Assembly: GCA_963664405.1 (NCBI GenBank)
Contig: OY761158.1
Location: forward strand, 3,648,001 to 3,712,000
DNA length: 64,000 bases
DNA from: Thermoanaerobaculia bacterium
GTDB taxonomy: Bacteria; Acidobacteriota; Thermoanaerobaculia; Multivoradales; Multivoraceae
Direction: 5' to 3'
Both the position numbers and the translations under genes were made by a program. The notes beneath the pieces are model-generated. The model did not search any database. It was not told where the DNA came from and saw only the letters and a program-made list of their open reading frames with translations. The first letter of the stretch is position 1. The number at the start of each line of letters is the position of its first letter. Shown here one piece after another: positions 1 through 9,435 of this stretch.

Positions 1-392
1 ATGGTGACGGGATGGGTCGCAACCGCTCCTCGAGCGATCTTGGCGAGCACCTCTGGTGTCGAAAGGGGACCATCGAAGAGATATTCACCGGCTAATAGTG
101 GTGGGTCCTCGAGCACGTAAATGAGGTAGAGGCGGGCCAGGCCGGCCCTGGGGACCAGTCCACTGCGCGAGAGAAGACGGAGGATCCCGTTGGCGTCGAG
201 CCCGGCCGGTATGTCGATCACGACCTCTGCGCTGGGGCCGTACGGGCGATGCAGATCACGCCATGCCCAACCAGCGACAAGCGCCGCGACGACGCAGGGA
301 AGGATCGATAGAGAAAGAGCAAGAGCCAGTGCACCGACCCACGAATCCCGTCGGGGGATCTCGGCCCCTCCTTGTCGCTGACTAAGAAGCAT
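1..392 (-). CDS. mltG: Endolytic transglycosylase MltG, N-terminal part (runs off the window)
   Basis: Hand translation from ATG at 392 (overlaps the ruvX TGA) gives a TM anchor, then VIDIPAG...LLAGEYLFDGPLSTPEVLAKIARG, typical of the YceG/MltG N-terminus; ruvX-mltG adjacency is common. Not in the ORF track. Confidence 0.8.
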   Translation of the reverse strand, partial: MLLSQRQGGAEIPRRDSWVGALALALSLSILPCVVAALVAGWAWRDLHRPYGPSAEVVIDIPAGLDANGILRLLSRSGLVPRAGLARLYLIYVLEDPPLLAGEYLFDGPLSTPEVLAKIARGAVATHPVT

Positions 393-805
393 CAAGGTCG
401 CTCCGTGTCGATCCAGTCTTGCAGGAGGATCTGGGCCGCGACCGCGTCGACGCTCTGGCGCTGCAGCTTTCGGCTCGCGCCACCGGCGCGCAGGCGTTCT
501 TCGGCTTCCCGGCTGGTCAGGGTCTCTCCGACCCTATGGACAGGTAGGCCTCCCTCGGACTCCAATTTGGCGGCGAAGCTACGCACACGCTTGGCGGCAC
601 TGCCGATGGTGCCGTCGAGAAGTACGGGATCTCCAATAACGAACCCAACCACCTCTTGTTCGTGGCCGATGTGCAGAATGTCCTGTATGGCGCTTCCGTC
701 ACTCGACCGCGAAAGTGTCGTAAGTGGGAGGCAGATGCCGTCGTCGTCGTCGCATACGGCGATACCGATTCTCTTTTCGCCGAAGTCTATGCCGAGGTAT
801 CTCAT
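392..805 (-). CDS. ruvX: Holliday junction resolvase-like / pre-16S rRNA nuclease RuvX (YqgF)
   Basis: MRYLGIDFGEKRIGIAVCD, ETLTS, VDAVAAQILLQ motifs. Confidence 0.92.
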   Translation of the reverse strand: MRYLGIDFGEKRIGIAVCDDDDGICLPLTTLSRSSDGSAIQDILHIGHEQEVVGFVIGDPVLLDGTIGSAAKRVRSFAAKLESEGGLPVHRVGETLTSREAEERLRAGGASRKLQRQSVDAVAAQILLQDWIDTERP

Positions 806-899
806 CCGGTCTGGCTGGGCTGCAAAAAGGCTTCTCCTGCTGTGCTAGTGTCGGCCTCTTGCCGCTGGGCCCAGGCTTAGAGGAGCACGAGAAAGCAAG

Positions 900-3241
900 A
901 TGGAAGCGACCGACGGCCGGACCCAGTGCCGGCGGGCGCGAGCAGTCCCGCGAGCCCTCTCCGGACTGCTCCTGATTCTAGCCACTCTTGTCGCTCTGCC
1001 GCCAGTCGCGGCTCAAGAGCCGGCGGAGTCACAAGAGCCCGAGATCACGGAGGGTTCCGAGGAGGAGCGGCAGCCGGAAGAAGAGACCGGTGAGGAAGCG
1101 CCGGTCGAGGAGATCCCGGTCGAGGATCGGCTGCGTTTCGAGGTGCCCTTCACCGATGAGTCGGGAGGAGGAACCGCGGTTGTTCTAGCCGAGGAGCTTG
1201 AGCTCGAGGGAGACGCCTACGTCCTCATCGGTCGGGTCGAGATCGAGTATCAGGACATCAAGCTGAAAGCCGATCGTGCAGAGCTCGACCGAAGTACCAA
1301 GATCGTTACGGCGATCGGAAACATCATCCTCGATCAAGGTCCCAGTCGGCTTGTCGGTGCGACCATGAGCTTCGACCTGGAGGAGAAGACCGGCAGACTG
1401 ACCGACGCAAGAGGCTTCGTTTCCGCCGACTATTTCTTCAGCGGCGCGGAGATCATCAAGACAGGAGAGAAGTCATTCACGGTCATCGACGGAATCTTCA
1501 CTTCGTGCGACCAGGACGTTCCGTCGTGGAGCTTTCGCACCGGCCGGACCGATCTGGTGGTGGATGGGTATGCCAAAACGCGCGGTGCCACCATGCGAGT
1601 GAAGAAGGCCCCGGTTCTGTATTTTCCCTATCTGTTGTGGCCGGTTAAGTCCGACCGCAGCTCCGGCATGCTGGTGCCCAAGCCCGGCTTCTCGGAACGA
1701 CGGGGCACGGCCCTGAGTCTGGCCTACTATCAGACTCTTGGACCCAGCTACGACACGACCGTCTATCTCGACCTCTTCAGTGAGGACTATCTAGGTATCG
1801 GTAACGAATTCCGCTACCAACCCACCGAAGCTACAGGTGGCAGATTCGACGGATATTGGATCCAGGATCCCGATCGAGGCGAAGACCGCTGGAGGACGCA
1901 GCTCACTCACGAAAGTCGAGACCTGCCGTGGGGTTTCGGGGCGTGATTCGTTACGACGACGTATCAGACTTCGATTACTTTCAGGACTTCGAGCGCAATG
2001 CCGATCGCCATGCCAAACGGGCACTGCACAGTAACGCGTTCCTGACCAAGAACTGGGGTCGGCAGTCGTTCAATTTTCTCGTGGATCAGCGCGAGACTTT
2101 CCTCCGTGACAACTCGACGGTCAGTCTTCGACAGATGCCTGAGGTCGAGTATCGCCTGCGGTCGACCCAGCTCCGCGACCTGCCCCTTTACCTCCAGCTC
2201 AACAGTGCGTTTCATTTCCTCGACGTAGACCGGCGCGAGAACTACAACGACTCCTATATGCGCGCCAACTTCGCGCCGAGGCTCACCTTTCCGTACCGTG
2301 CATTTCCTTGGCTCTCTTTCTCAGTCGACGCTGGAGCCGTCTTTACCTTTTGGGGTGACAGTCTTCGTGTCTCCGGCGACGAGCCCGATCCAGAAAGCGA
2401 TTCAGTCTTCCGCAGCGAAAGCCTGAGCCGGATCACACCGAGCATCTCCGGCGAGGCGGTCGGCCCTTCCTTCTCGCGTATTTTCGACCTCAATGGCAAG
2501 ACCTGGTCCAAACTCAAGCACATCATGGAGCCGCGCTTCAACTATGCCTTTGTCGATGAGTTCGACGAGGAAGATCGGATCCCGCGATTCGATGAGCTCG
2601 ACTCGATTCGAGGCGCGAACATCGGCCGCATGGCCTTTATCAATCGTCTGTTGGCGAAGCCGGCGGGTGAAGGTGGCGGTGGCTCGCGAGAGATCATGTC
2701 GGTGGAGATCTTCCGGCTCTACAGCTTTGATGACGATCGCTTCTTGCAGAGGTCTTCCGACGGAGAGAAGCAGTCCCACTTCGGCCCTCCGACTCTGCTC
2801 TTTCGTTACAATCCCACTCGCCAGACCACCTTTCGCAACGCGCTGAGGTTCAACACTCTCTTCGGCCGCATCGAGTCGTCCGCCACCTCGGGGAGCTTCG
2901 AGGCCGGCCCCCACCGCTTCGGTGTGCGGTGGACTGCCCGAATTCGACCCGACGACGGCATGACGCGGACCAATCAGTTTCGCGTCTCTTCGGATCTCAT
3001 CCTGATACCGCGTCGACTTCGTCTCATCTCGTCGGTCAACTTCGACGCCAACGACAGCCTTGTTCAGTTGCAGCGCCACATCCTCGAGTACAACGCCAAT
3101 TGCTGGGGCGTGCGACTGGAATTCGGCGAGTTCAAGCGCCGCGGCGGCCAGCAGACCGACCGCGAGTTCCGCTTTTCCATCAATCTCAAGAACGTCGGCA
3201 CCTTTCTCGACCTCACCGGCGGCGAGAGCTCTTCTCTCTAG
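900..3241 (+). CDS. lptD: LPS assembly protein LptD, split by a -1 frameshift near 1931-1946 (ORFs 900..1946 and 1856..3241)
   Basis: Signal peptide, OstA-like jellyroll (LKADRAELD, FTSCD..PSW, PVLYFPY, RSSGMLVP) in frame 1; beta-barrel C-terminus (KLKHIMEP, YNANCWG, FSINLKNVG) in frame 2; the joined reading is DLPWGFRGVIRYDD. Confidence 0.85.
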
Positions 3242-3405
3242 TGGACCGTAACACCCAAACGTTTAGCGCCTGAGCGGCCCTCGCGGCCGATCTCTGCGTT
3301 ACGCTTCCTCGACATAGTCCCCGCTATGCCTGCGTCAGCGCGCCTTGATCTCGACCCCGAATGACTCACTCAGCCACTAAACGTTCGAGTGTTACGGTCC
3401 ACTGG
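3238..3405 (+). repeat. Repeat family A copy 1 (MITE-like hairpin element)
   Basis: CTAGTGGACCGTAACAC ... GTGTTACGGTCCACTGG terminal inverted repeats; near-identical to 50195-50362; the left CTAG supplies the lptD stop. Confidence 0.9.
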
Positions 3406-3428
3406 TGAGCTCTGCTCTAAGGCAGTCG

Positions 3429-4286
3429 ATGCGTGCATTGATATTCGGTGGCGGCGGGCTCGTCGGCACCCCGCTCGGCCAGGAGCTGGCCAGTCGCGGT
3501 TATCGGTACCGATCGTTGACTCACGGCGACACCGACATCAGCGACGCAAAAGAGGTTCGCGCAGCGATCGAGAGCTACGAGCCCGAGGTCATCTTCAATT
3601 GCGCGGCGTTCACCCGCGTCGACGATTGTGAGACCCGGGAAGAGGAGGCGACAGAGGTCAACGGTCGGGCGCTGGGGCACCTGGTGTCGGCGGCTCGGTC
3701 TCTGTCGGCGAGCTTGGTGCATCTGTCGAGCGACTACGTTTTTGACGGTCGCGCCGAGTCGCCCTATCGGGAGGGAGACCCGACGGCGCCTCTATCGGCC
3801 TACGGCCGCGGCAAACAGGTTGGGGAGCAGGAGGCCCTGGTCTATGCTCGATCATTGGTGGTCCGAACGAGCTGGATCTTCGGCAGTGCCGGGCCGAGCT
3901 TTGTCAGGACCATCCTCGGCTTGCTCGATCGGCCAGCAACGCTGCGTATTGTCGACGACCAGGTCGGCGGGCCGACCTACGCTCCTTACCTTGCTCGCGC
4001 CCTGGTAGATCTCGTCGAAGCCGGGGTCACGGGCTTGGTTCACTACCGCAACCGGGATCCGGTCACCTGGTTCGAGTTTGCGCGTGCCATTGGCGCCAGG
4101 GTCGAGCCTGGGCATGAGATCCTGCCCACCACCAGTGCCGAGTTCGTCCAGCTCGCTCCCCGTCCGTCGTACTCGGTGCTGTCGGTCGAGCGCTTCGAGA
4201 AGGTGACCGGGAGAAGAGTCGAGGCCTGGAGCGACGGCCTTCGCGAGTGCCTGGCTGCGATCGGTGACAGGGCCGGAGCCTCATGA
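3429..4286 (+). CDS. rfbD: dTDP-4-dehydrorhamnose reductase
   Basis: NCAAFTRVD, SSDYVFDG, YGRGK, VDDQVGGPT, APRP motifs; start placed at ATG 3429. Confidence 0.9.
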   Translation: MRALIFGGGGLVGTPLGQELASRGYRYRSLTHGDTDISDAKEVRAAIESYEPEVIFNCAAFTRVDDCETREEEATEVNGRALGHLVSAARSLSASLVHLSSDYVFDGRAESPYREGDPTAPLSAYGRGKQVGEQEALVYARSLVVRTSWIFGSAGPSFVRTILGLLDRPATLRIVDDQVGGPTYAPYLARALVDLVEAGVTGLVHYRNRDPVTWFEFARAIGARVEPGHEILPTTSAEFVQLAPRPSYSVLSVERFEKVTGRRVEAWSDGLRECLAAIGDRAGAS

Positions 4287-5248
4287 AGGCTCTGGTTACC
4301 GGGATCACCGGGTTCGCCGGCTCGCATCTTGCGGACTATCTGCTCGAGAATCATCCAGATATCGCTGTCGCCGGCACCTATCGCTGGCGTAGTCGGATGG
4401 AGAATATTCGCGGGATTCGCGATCGCATCGAGCTCTATGAGGCGGATCTGCGCGACTACTCGTCGCTACAGAAGACGCTTGCAGCGCTGCGTCCGGACCT
4501 CATATTTCATCTGGCTGCCCAGAGCTTTGTTCCTTCGAGTTGGACTGGGCCGGCCGAGACCTTGAGCACCAATGTGCTCGGCCAGACGCATCTTTTCGAG
4601 GCGGTTCGAAGCTTGAACCTCGACCCCATCATTCAGATCGCGTGCTCGAGTGAAGAGTACGGTCTCGTACATCCCGACGAGATACCGATCTCGGAGGGCA
4701 ATCCCCTCCGCCCGCTGTCTCCCTATGCCGTGTCGAAGGTGGCCCAGGACTATCTCGGCTATCAGTATTTTCAAAGCTACGGCCTCAGAGTGGTTCGTAC
4801 GCGGGCCTTCAATCACACGGGTCCCCGCCGCGGAGAGGTCTTCGTTGCGTCCAACTTTGCGAGGCAGCTGGCGGAGATCGAGTCCGGAAAGGCAGAGGCG
4901 GTTCTGAGTGTCGGCAATCTAGACGCGGTCAGGGATTTTACCGACGTACGCGATGTCGCCCGTGCCTACTTTGCCGCGGCCATGCAGGGCGAGCCTGGCG
5001 AGGTCTACAACATCGCCAGCGGTCGGGGTACTACGATCCGCGAACTTCTCGATAGACTGATCGCGCTAGTGGATGTGGACGTCGAGGTACGCCCTGATCC
5101 CGAACGGTTACGACCTTCGGATGTCGAGATTCTTGTCGGAGACAGCACCAGGTTCCGTGATCGCACCGGCTGGGAGCCTGAGATTTCGCTGAACGAGACC
5201 TTGCGCGATCTCCTCGACTACTGGCGAGAAAGGCTGAAGACTCGTTGA
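4283..5248 (+). CDS. GDP-mannose 4,6-dehydratase / GDP-6-deoxy-hexulose reductase family NAD-dependent epimerase
   Basis: GITGFAGS, HLAAQSFV, SSEEYG, SPYAVSK, FNHTGP, RDFTDVRD. Confidence 0.85.
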   Translation: MKALVTGITGFAGSHLADYLLENHPDIAVAGTYRWRSRMENIRGIRDRIELYEADLRDYSSLQKTLAALRPDLIFHLAAQSFVPSSWTGPAETLSTNVLGQTHLFEAVRSLNLDPIIQIACSSEEYGLVHPDEIPISEGNPLRPLSPYAVSKVAQDYLGYQYFQSYGLRVVRTRAFNHTGPRRGEVFVASNFARQLAEIESGKAEAVLSVGNLDAVRDFTDVRDVARAYFAAAMQGEPGEVYNIASGRGTTIRELLDRLIALVDVDVEVRPDPERLRPSDVEILVGDSTRFRDRTGWEPEISLNETLRDLLDYWRERLKTR

Positions 5249-5736
5249 CGATCGGGAGCACTGAAGTGAAAGATCCGGCGCGGCTGCTTGCGTTCTACGA
5301 CCGGCTGCGCGACCAGGTCGCGACCCGGCTCGGAACCGGGGCGGGGGCCGGCGTCGCGGAGTACCTGCTGGTCGCGCCTGACCTCTTCATCCTCCTTGTT
5401 CGACTCTTCCTCGACCGCGACACTCCTCCGTCCAGTCGCGCACTAGTGGGCGGCGCCCTTGCGTATTTCTTGCTCCCGGTGGATCTCATGCCCGAGATGT
5501 TTCTCGGTGTCGGCGGCCTGCTCGACGACGTGATTCTCTCTGCCGCGGTGCTGACGCACGTATTCACCGACGAGCTGGAGCCGCTCGTCGCGCGGCACTG
5601 GAGCGGCTCCAGAAGGCTGAGGACAGTTCTCGAGGACGCCACTGGTGCCGCGGATGCTCTCCTCTCGACCTCAGTGCGTGGCCGCTTGGCGAGTGTTCTC
5701 GCCCGCTATGGCGTAGTGCTCGATCGGTCGGAGTGA
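5245..5736 (+). CDS. DUF1232 (YkvA-like) membrane protein
   Basis: ALAYFLLPVDLMPE...GLLDD motif. Confidence 0.75.
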   Translation: MTIGSTEVKDPARLLAFYDRLRDQVATRLGTGAGAGVAEYLLVAPDLFILLVRLFLDRDTPPSSRALVGGALAYFLLPVDLMPEMFLGVGGLLDDVILSAAVLTHVFTDELEPLVARHWSGSRRLRTVLEDATGAADALLSTSVRGRLASVLARYGVVLDRSE

Positions 5737-5776
5737 GACCGTACTCCCGGTGACCGGCCCGCCCTTGACAGCGTCC

Positions 5777-5794
5777 TTGTGAACTTTTTCACAA
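5777..5794. promoter_or_regulatory. Rex (NADH/NAD+-sensing repressor) operator
   Basis: TTGTGAA-CTTT-TTCACAA, exact Rex consensus TTGTGAA-N4-TTCACAA; TTGACA at 5765-5770; upstream of the respiratory cluster. Confidence 0.8.
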
Positions 5795-5874
5795 GCTAGT
5801 AGTCTATGGCGCTGGGTTGGGCACGCGGCGTTCGGGACTGCGGCTCTCTCCCCCCTCATAGTAAAGTTGGGTAA

Positions 5875-6768
5875 ATGTCCGAGTCCTCTCCTATCGGAGA
5901 CTCGCCGGGTTCGTCGGCTGAGGAGCCAACGACCAGCGGTTTGCGCCAGTTTCTCGGCCTCTTCGTTGTGCCGTTGCTGGTGGTTTTGATGTGCGTCTCG
6001 GTCTTTCTGCTCTTCGGCTGGGTAGCCTACGATCGCCAGTCGGTGGGCGACTATCTGAACGATCTCAGAGATGGGCGATCCTTCTTCGCCCACCGGCGCA
6101 AGCAGGCCTCCTACGAGCTGTCGAAGATTCTCAGCGCCAATCCCGACGCGCTACGCGAGGTGCGTGGCGCGGAGGGGGAGCTGCGAACGCTTTTCGAGAC
6201 CACAGACGATCTGTGGGTGCGACGCTACCTTGCGCTGGTGATGGGGCACATCGGGGACAAGGAGGCAGTGCCCTTGCTGATCGAAGCAGCCGCCGACGAA
6301 GACTCTCAGACCAGGATCTACTCACTTTGGGCGCTGGGATCGATTGCTGATCCTCGAGGTCTGGAGACGGTCACGACAGCGGTTTCTGATTCGGATGCGG
6401 GTATCCGCAAGACGGCAGCGTTCGCATTGGGCAGGTTCGGTGATCCGTCGTCGTCGTCGAAGCTGGCAGCGCTGGTGAATGATCCGGTCGCGGACGTGCG
6501 TTGGAACGCGGCCCTGGCGCTCGCGAACCTGGGTAGTCGCGATGGCGTCGACGTTCTCGAGCAGATGCTCGACAGGCGTCTGCTCGGCCAGGTGCCCGGG
6601 ATCACGCCCAAGCAGCAGGAAGAAGCGATGATCGGAGCGCTCGGCGCTTTTGTGCGGCTGGGTGGAGGCGTCGATTCGGGTATCATTGATGTCTTAGCGA
6701 ATGAAGACCCTAGCCTGAAGGTACGCCAGGCTGCTATCGAGGCTCGCAGGAGCCTTCAGTCCGGGTAG
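5875..6768 (+). CDS. Membrane-anchored HEAT/PBS-lyase repeat protein
   Basis: N-terminal TM, then repeated D..VR..AA.ALG units. Confidence 0.85.
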   Translation: MSESSPIGDSPGSSAEEPTTSGLRQFLGLFVVPLLVVLMCVSVFLLFGWVAYDRQSVGDYLNDLRDGRSFFAHRRKQASYELSKILSANPDALREVRGAEGELRTLFETTDDLWVRRYLALVMGHIGDKEAVPLLIEAAADEDSQTRIYSLWALGSIADPRGLETVTTAVSDSDAGIRKTAAFALGRFGDPSSSSKLAALVNDPVADVRWNAALALANLGSRDGVDVLEQMLDRRLLGQVPGITPKQQEEAMIGALGAFVRLGGGVDSGIIDVLANEDPSLKVRQAAIEARRSLQSG

Positions 6769-6904
6769 GAGTGACCCATTGGAACTCCGATTCAGAGGCC
6801 GAGAATGCTTCCAAGGGTTGACACCCTGAGATTGATCCGAAACCATACGCGCGTTCCCAGTGAACTCGGGCTCACGCGTTTCCATATCGACAAGGAAAAG
6901 GCTG

Positions 6905-7498
6905 ATGGCTGAGCAAGATTCAGGTGCTTCAAACAGCCCCGCGAAGGGGGCGACCGCGACAGCAAAGGTCTCTACTAGCGGTGGAGGGCAGGGCCTGCGA
7001 GGCCTCCTGACCCGGCGTGGCATGTTCTCTTGGGCGGCCGTGGGCTGGGTAGGCTTCGCCGCGGCGATGGCAGCCTGGGCGGGAGCGCTCAACCGCTTTC
7101 TCTATCCCAATGTTCTATTCGAGCCGCCGCTTCGCTTCAAGGTCGGCCCTCCCGACGATTTTCCGCAAGGAGTGGTGGACGAGCGCTTCAAGGAATCGCG
7201 AGGTATCTGGGTCGTCAACAACGATGGGAAGCTCTATGCGCTCATCGCGATTTGCACCCACCTCGGATGCCCTCCCAACTGGCTGGCCGAGCAGAACAAA
7301 TTCAAGTGCCCCTGCCATGGCAGCGGCTACTACAAGAACGGAGTCAACTTCGAAGGGCCGACTCCTCGTCCACTCGAGCGCGCCGCGATCTCGATCGACC
7401 CCCAGGATGGGCAGTTGCAGGTAGACAAAGGTCGGAAGTTCCTTTTCGAAGCAGGGCAGTGGGATGATCCCGCGTCCTTTATCCCGGTACTCGGGTAG
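6905..7498 (+). CDS. qcrA: Rieske iron-sulfur subunit of a cytochrome bc complex
   Basis: Tat-like LTRRGMF, CTHLGC and CPCHGS boxes, GPTPRPL. Confidence 0.92.
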   Translation: MAEQDSGASNSPAKGATATAKVSTSGGGQGLRGLLTRRGMFSWAAVGWVGFAAAMAAWAGALNRFLYPNVLFEPPLRFKVGPPDDFPQGVVDERFKESRGIWVVNNDGKLYALIAICTHLGCPPNWLAEQNKFKCPCHGSGYYKNGVNFEGPTPRPLERAAISIDPQDGQLQVDKGRKFLFEAGQWDDPASFIPVLG

Positions 7499-7515
7499 CA
7501 GGGCAGAGACAGATC

Positions 7516-8295
7516 ATGCTCAAGAAGCTGCAAAAAGGCATCGTCAGGTCACAGATCTGGAAGTCGGTCTTTCGGGTCGGTATTCCGACCGACAATCGCA
7601 AGCGAGCACTCGCCATGCTCGGCAACGTCGTTCTTCACCTTCATCCGGTGAAGGTGAAGAAGTCGGGTATCCGGATGAGCTACACATGGTGCATGGGAGG
7701 AACGGCGTTCTTCCTGTTCCTGGTCGAGACGATCACCGGCTTGCTGCTCATGTTCTACTACCGGCCGACCGTCGAATACGCATATGTCGACATGGTCGAC
7801 CTTCGCGAGGCCGCCGCTTTCGGCATTATGAGAGAGCTTCACCGTTGGGGCGCCCATGCCATGGTGATCTCGGTCTGGCTGCACATGTTCCGTGTGTTCA
7901 TGACCGGCTCCTACAAGCCGCCGAGAGAGTTCAATTGGAACGTCGGGGTGATCCTGCTGGTTCTGACTCTGCTGCTTTCGTTCACCGGCTATCTTCTGCC
8001 CTGGGATCAGCTCGCAATCTGGGCTATCACCGTCGGCTCGAACATGGCTCGAGCAACACCCTTTCTCGGTCACGAAGGGCCGGGTGCAGCTTTTCTCAGT
8101 CTCGGGGGTCAACAGCTGATACATGTCGGCAGCGACGCCCGTTTCGCGTTGATCGCGGGACGAGTGATTGGTGGCGCCACGCTACTGCGTTTCTACGTTC
8201 TCCACTGCGTCGGCATTCCGCTGATTGCGGCCTTCCTCATGTCCGTGCACTTCTGGCGGGTGCGTAAGGACGGGGGCATCTCAGGGCCGGTATAG
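7516..8295 (+). CDS. qcrB: Cytochrome b N-terminal (b6-like) subunit
   Basis: YTWCMGG, HRWGAH..LHMFRVF, PREFNW, FTGYLLPWDQ, LRFYVLH. Confidence 0.92.
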   Translation: MLKKLQKGIVRSQIWKSVFRVGIPTDNRKRALAMLGNVVLHLHPVKVKKSGIRMSYTWCMGGTAFFLFLVETITGLLLMFYYRPTVEYAYVDMVDLREAAAFGIMRELHRWGAHAMVISVWLHMFRVFMTGSYKPPREFNWNVGVILLVLTLLLSFTGYLLPWDQLAIWAITVGSNMARATPFLGHEGPGAAFLSLGGQQLIHVGSDARFALIAGRVIGGATLLRFYVLHCVGIPLIAAFLMSVHFWRVRKDGGISGPV

Positions 8296-8298
8296 ATC

Positions 8299-9390
8299 AT
8301 GGAAACGATTGCCAACTTCATCAATCTACTGTCGGCGCCGCAGTACTCTTTCACTCTGTCGCTGGTCCTGTTTTGGCTGGCGATCCGGTCGAAGCGGCTG
8401 TGGACCAAGGCTGGCGGCATCGCCTTGTTGGCGGTGGGCGTCGGCTACTTCCTTGTCAGCCTCGGCAGTAAGGATTTCCGTCTCATCGTCACCAAAGAGG
8501 ACAACGTCCCCATCGTGATCATGGTCTTTCTGGTCGGTTTCTTCCTGTGGCTGGCCATGACCAAGGCTCACAAGAACGACAAGCTCGAAGAAGAAGGCGA
8601 GCCGGCCTTCGAGAAGACCGAGTCCCAAGACCGGATCTTCACCTGGCCGGACCTGGTCTTCTCAGAGCTCATCTGCATGGTCATTCTCACCGTGGTGATG
8701 ATCGTCTGGTCGATCGCTCTGGTCGCACCGCTCGAAGAGCCGGCTAACACCTCGGTCGCTCCCAACCCGTCGAAAGCTCCCTGGTACTTCTTGGGGCTGC
8801 AGGAGATGTTGGTCTATTTCGATCCGTGGATGGCCGGGGTGGTGCTGCCGAGTCTCATCGTTGTTGGCTTGATGGCCATTCCCTTCATCGATACCAATCC
8901 CAAGGGGAATGGCTACTTCACCTTCAGTGAGCGGAAGACCGAGATTACGCTCTTTACTTTCGGCTATCTCGTCCTCTGGGTCCAGCTCATCGTTATCGGT
9001 ACTTTTCTTCGGGGCCCCAACTGGAATTTCTTCGGGCCTTACGAATTCTGGGATCCGGGCAAGGTAGAGCCTCTGATCAATGTCGACGTAGCCGATTTCT
9101 TCTGGATCCGTATGTTGGGAATCGGCCATCCGTCTCACTGGCTCATACGTGAGATGCCTGGGCTGCTCTTCGTCGGCTTCTATTTCCTCGCTCTGCCCGT
9201 GCTGCTGCCAAAGCTTCGTTTCACCAAGAAGTATTTTGGACGCTTCTACGAGCAGATGGGGCCCGCCCGTTACTACGTCGGTATCACCTTGGTCCTGACC
9301 ATGATGATGATGCCGATCAAGATGTACCTGCGGTGGGCGTTCAATCTCAAATACTTCGTCCATATTCAGGAGTTCTTCTTCAACATCTGA
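8299..9390 (+). CDS. Cytochrome b C-terminal / subunit IV-like membrane protein with extensions
   Basis: WPDLV, APLEEPAN...PNPSKAPWYFLGLQE, IPFID, FLRGPNW. Confidence 0.85.
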   Translation: METIANFINLLSAPQYSFTLSLVLFWLAIRSKRLWTKAGGIALLAVGVGYFLVSLGSKDFRLIVTKEDNVPIVIMVFLVGFFLWLAMTKAHKNDKLEEEGEPAFEKTESQDRIFTWPDLVFSELICMVILTVVMIVWSIALVAPLEEPANTSVAPNPSKAPWYFLGLQEMLVYFDPWMAGVVLPSLIVVGLMAIPFIDTNPKGNGYFTFSERKTEITLFTFGYLVLWVQLIVIGTFLRGPNWNFFGPYEFWDPGKVEPLINVDVADFFWIRMLGIGHPSHWLIREMPGLLFVGFYFLALPVLLPKLRFTKKYFGRFYEQMGPARYYVGITLVLTMMMMPIKMYLRWAFNLKYFVHIQEFFFNI

Positions 9391-9435
9391 TCCGACGCGC
9401 CGCGTCGGTAAGCCAGGCGCCCGAAGAGAAGAATC

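Noticed and set aside
900-3241. lptD as a true pseudogene
   Set aside because: Single frame break with both halves otherwise intact in a normally essential gene; an error or recoding is more likely.
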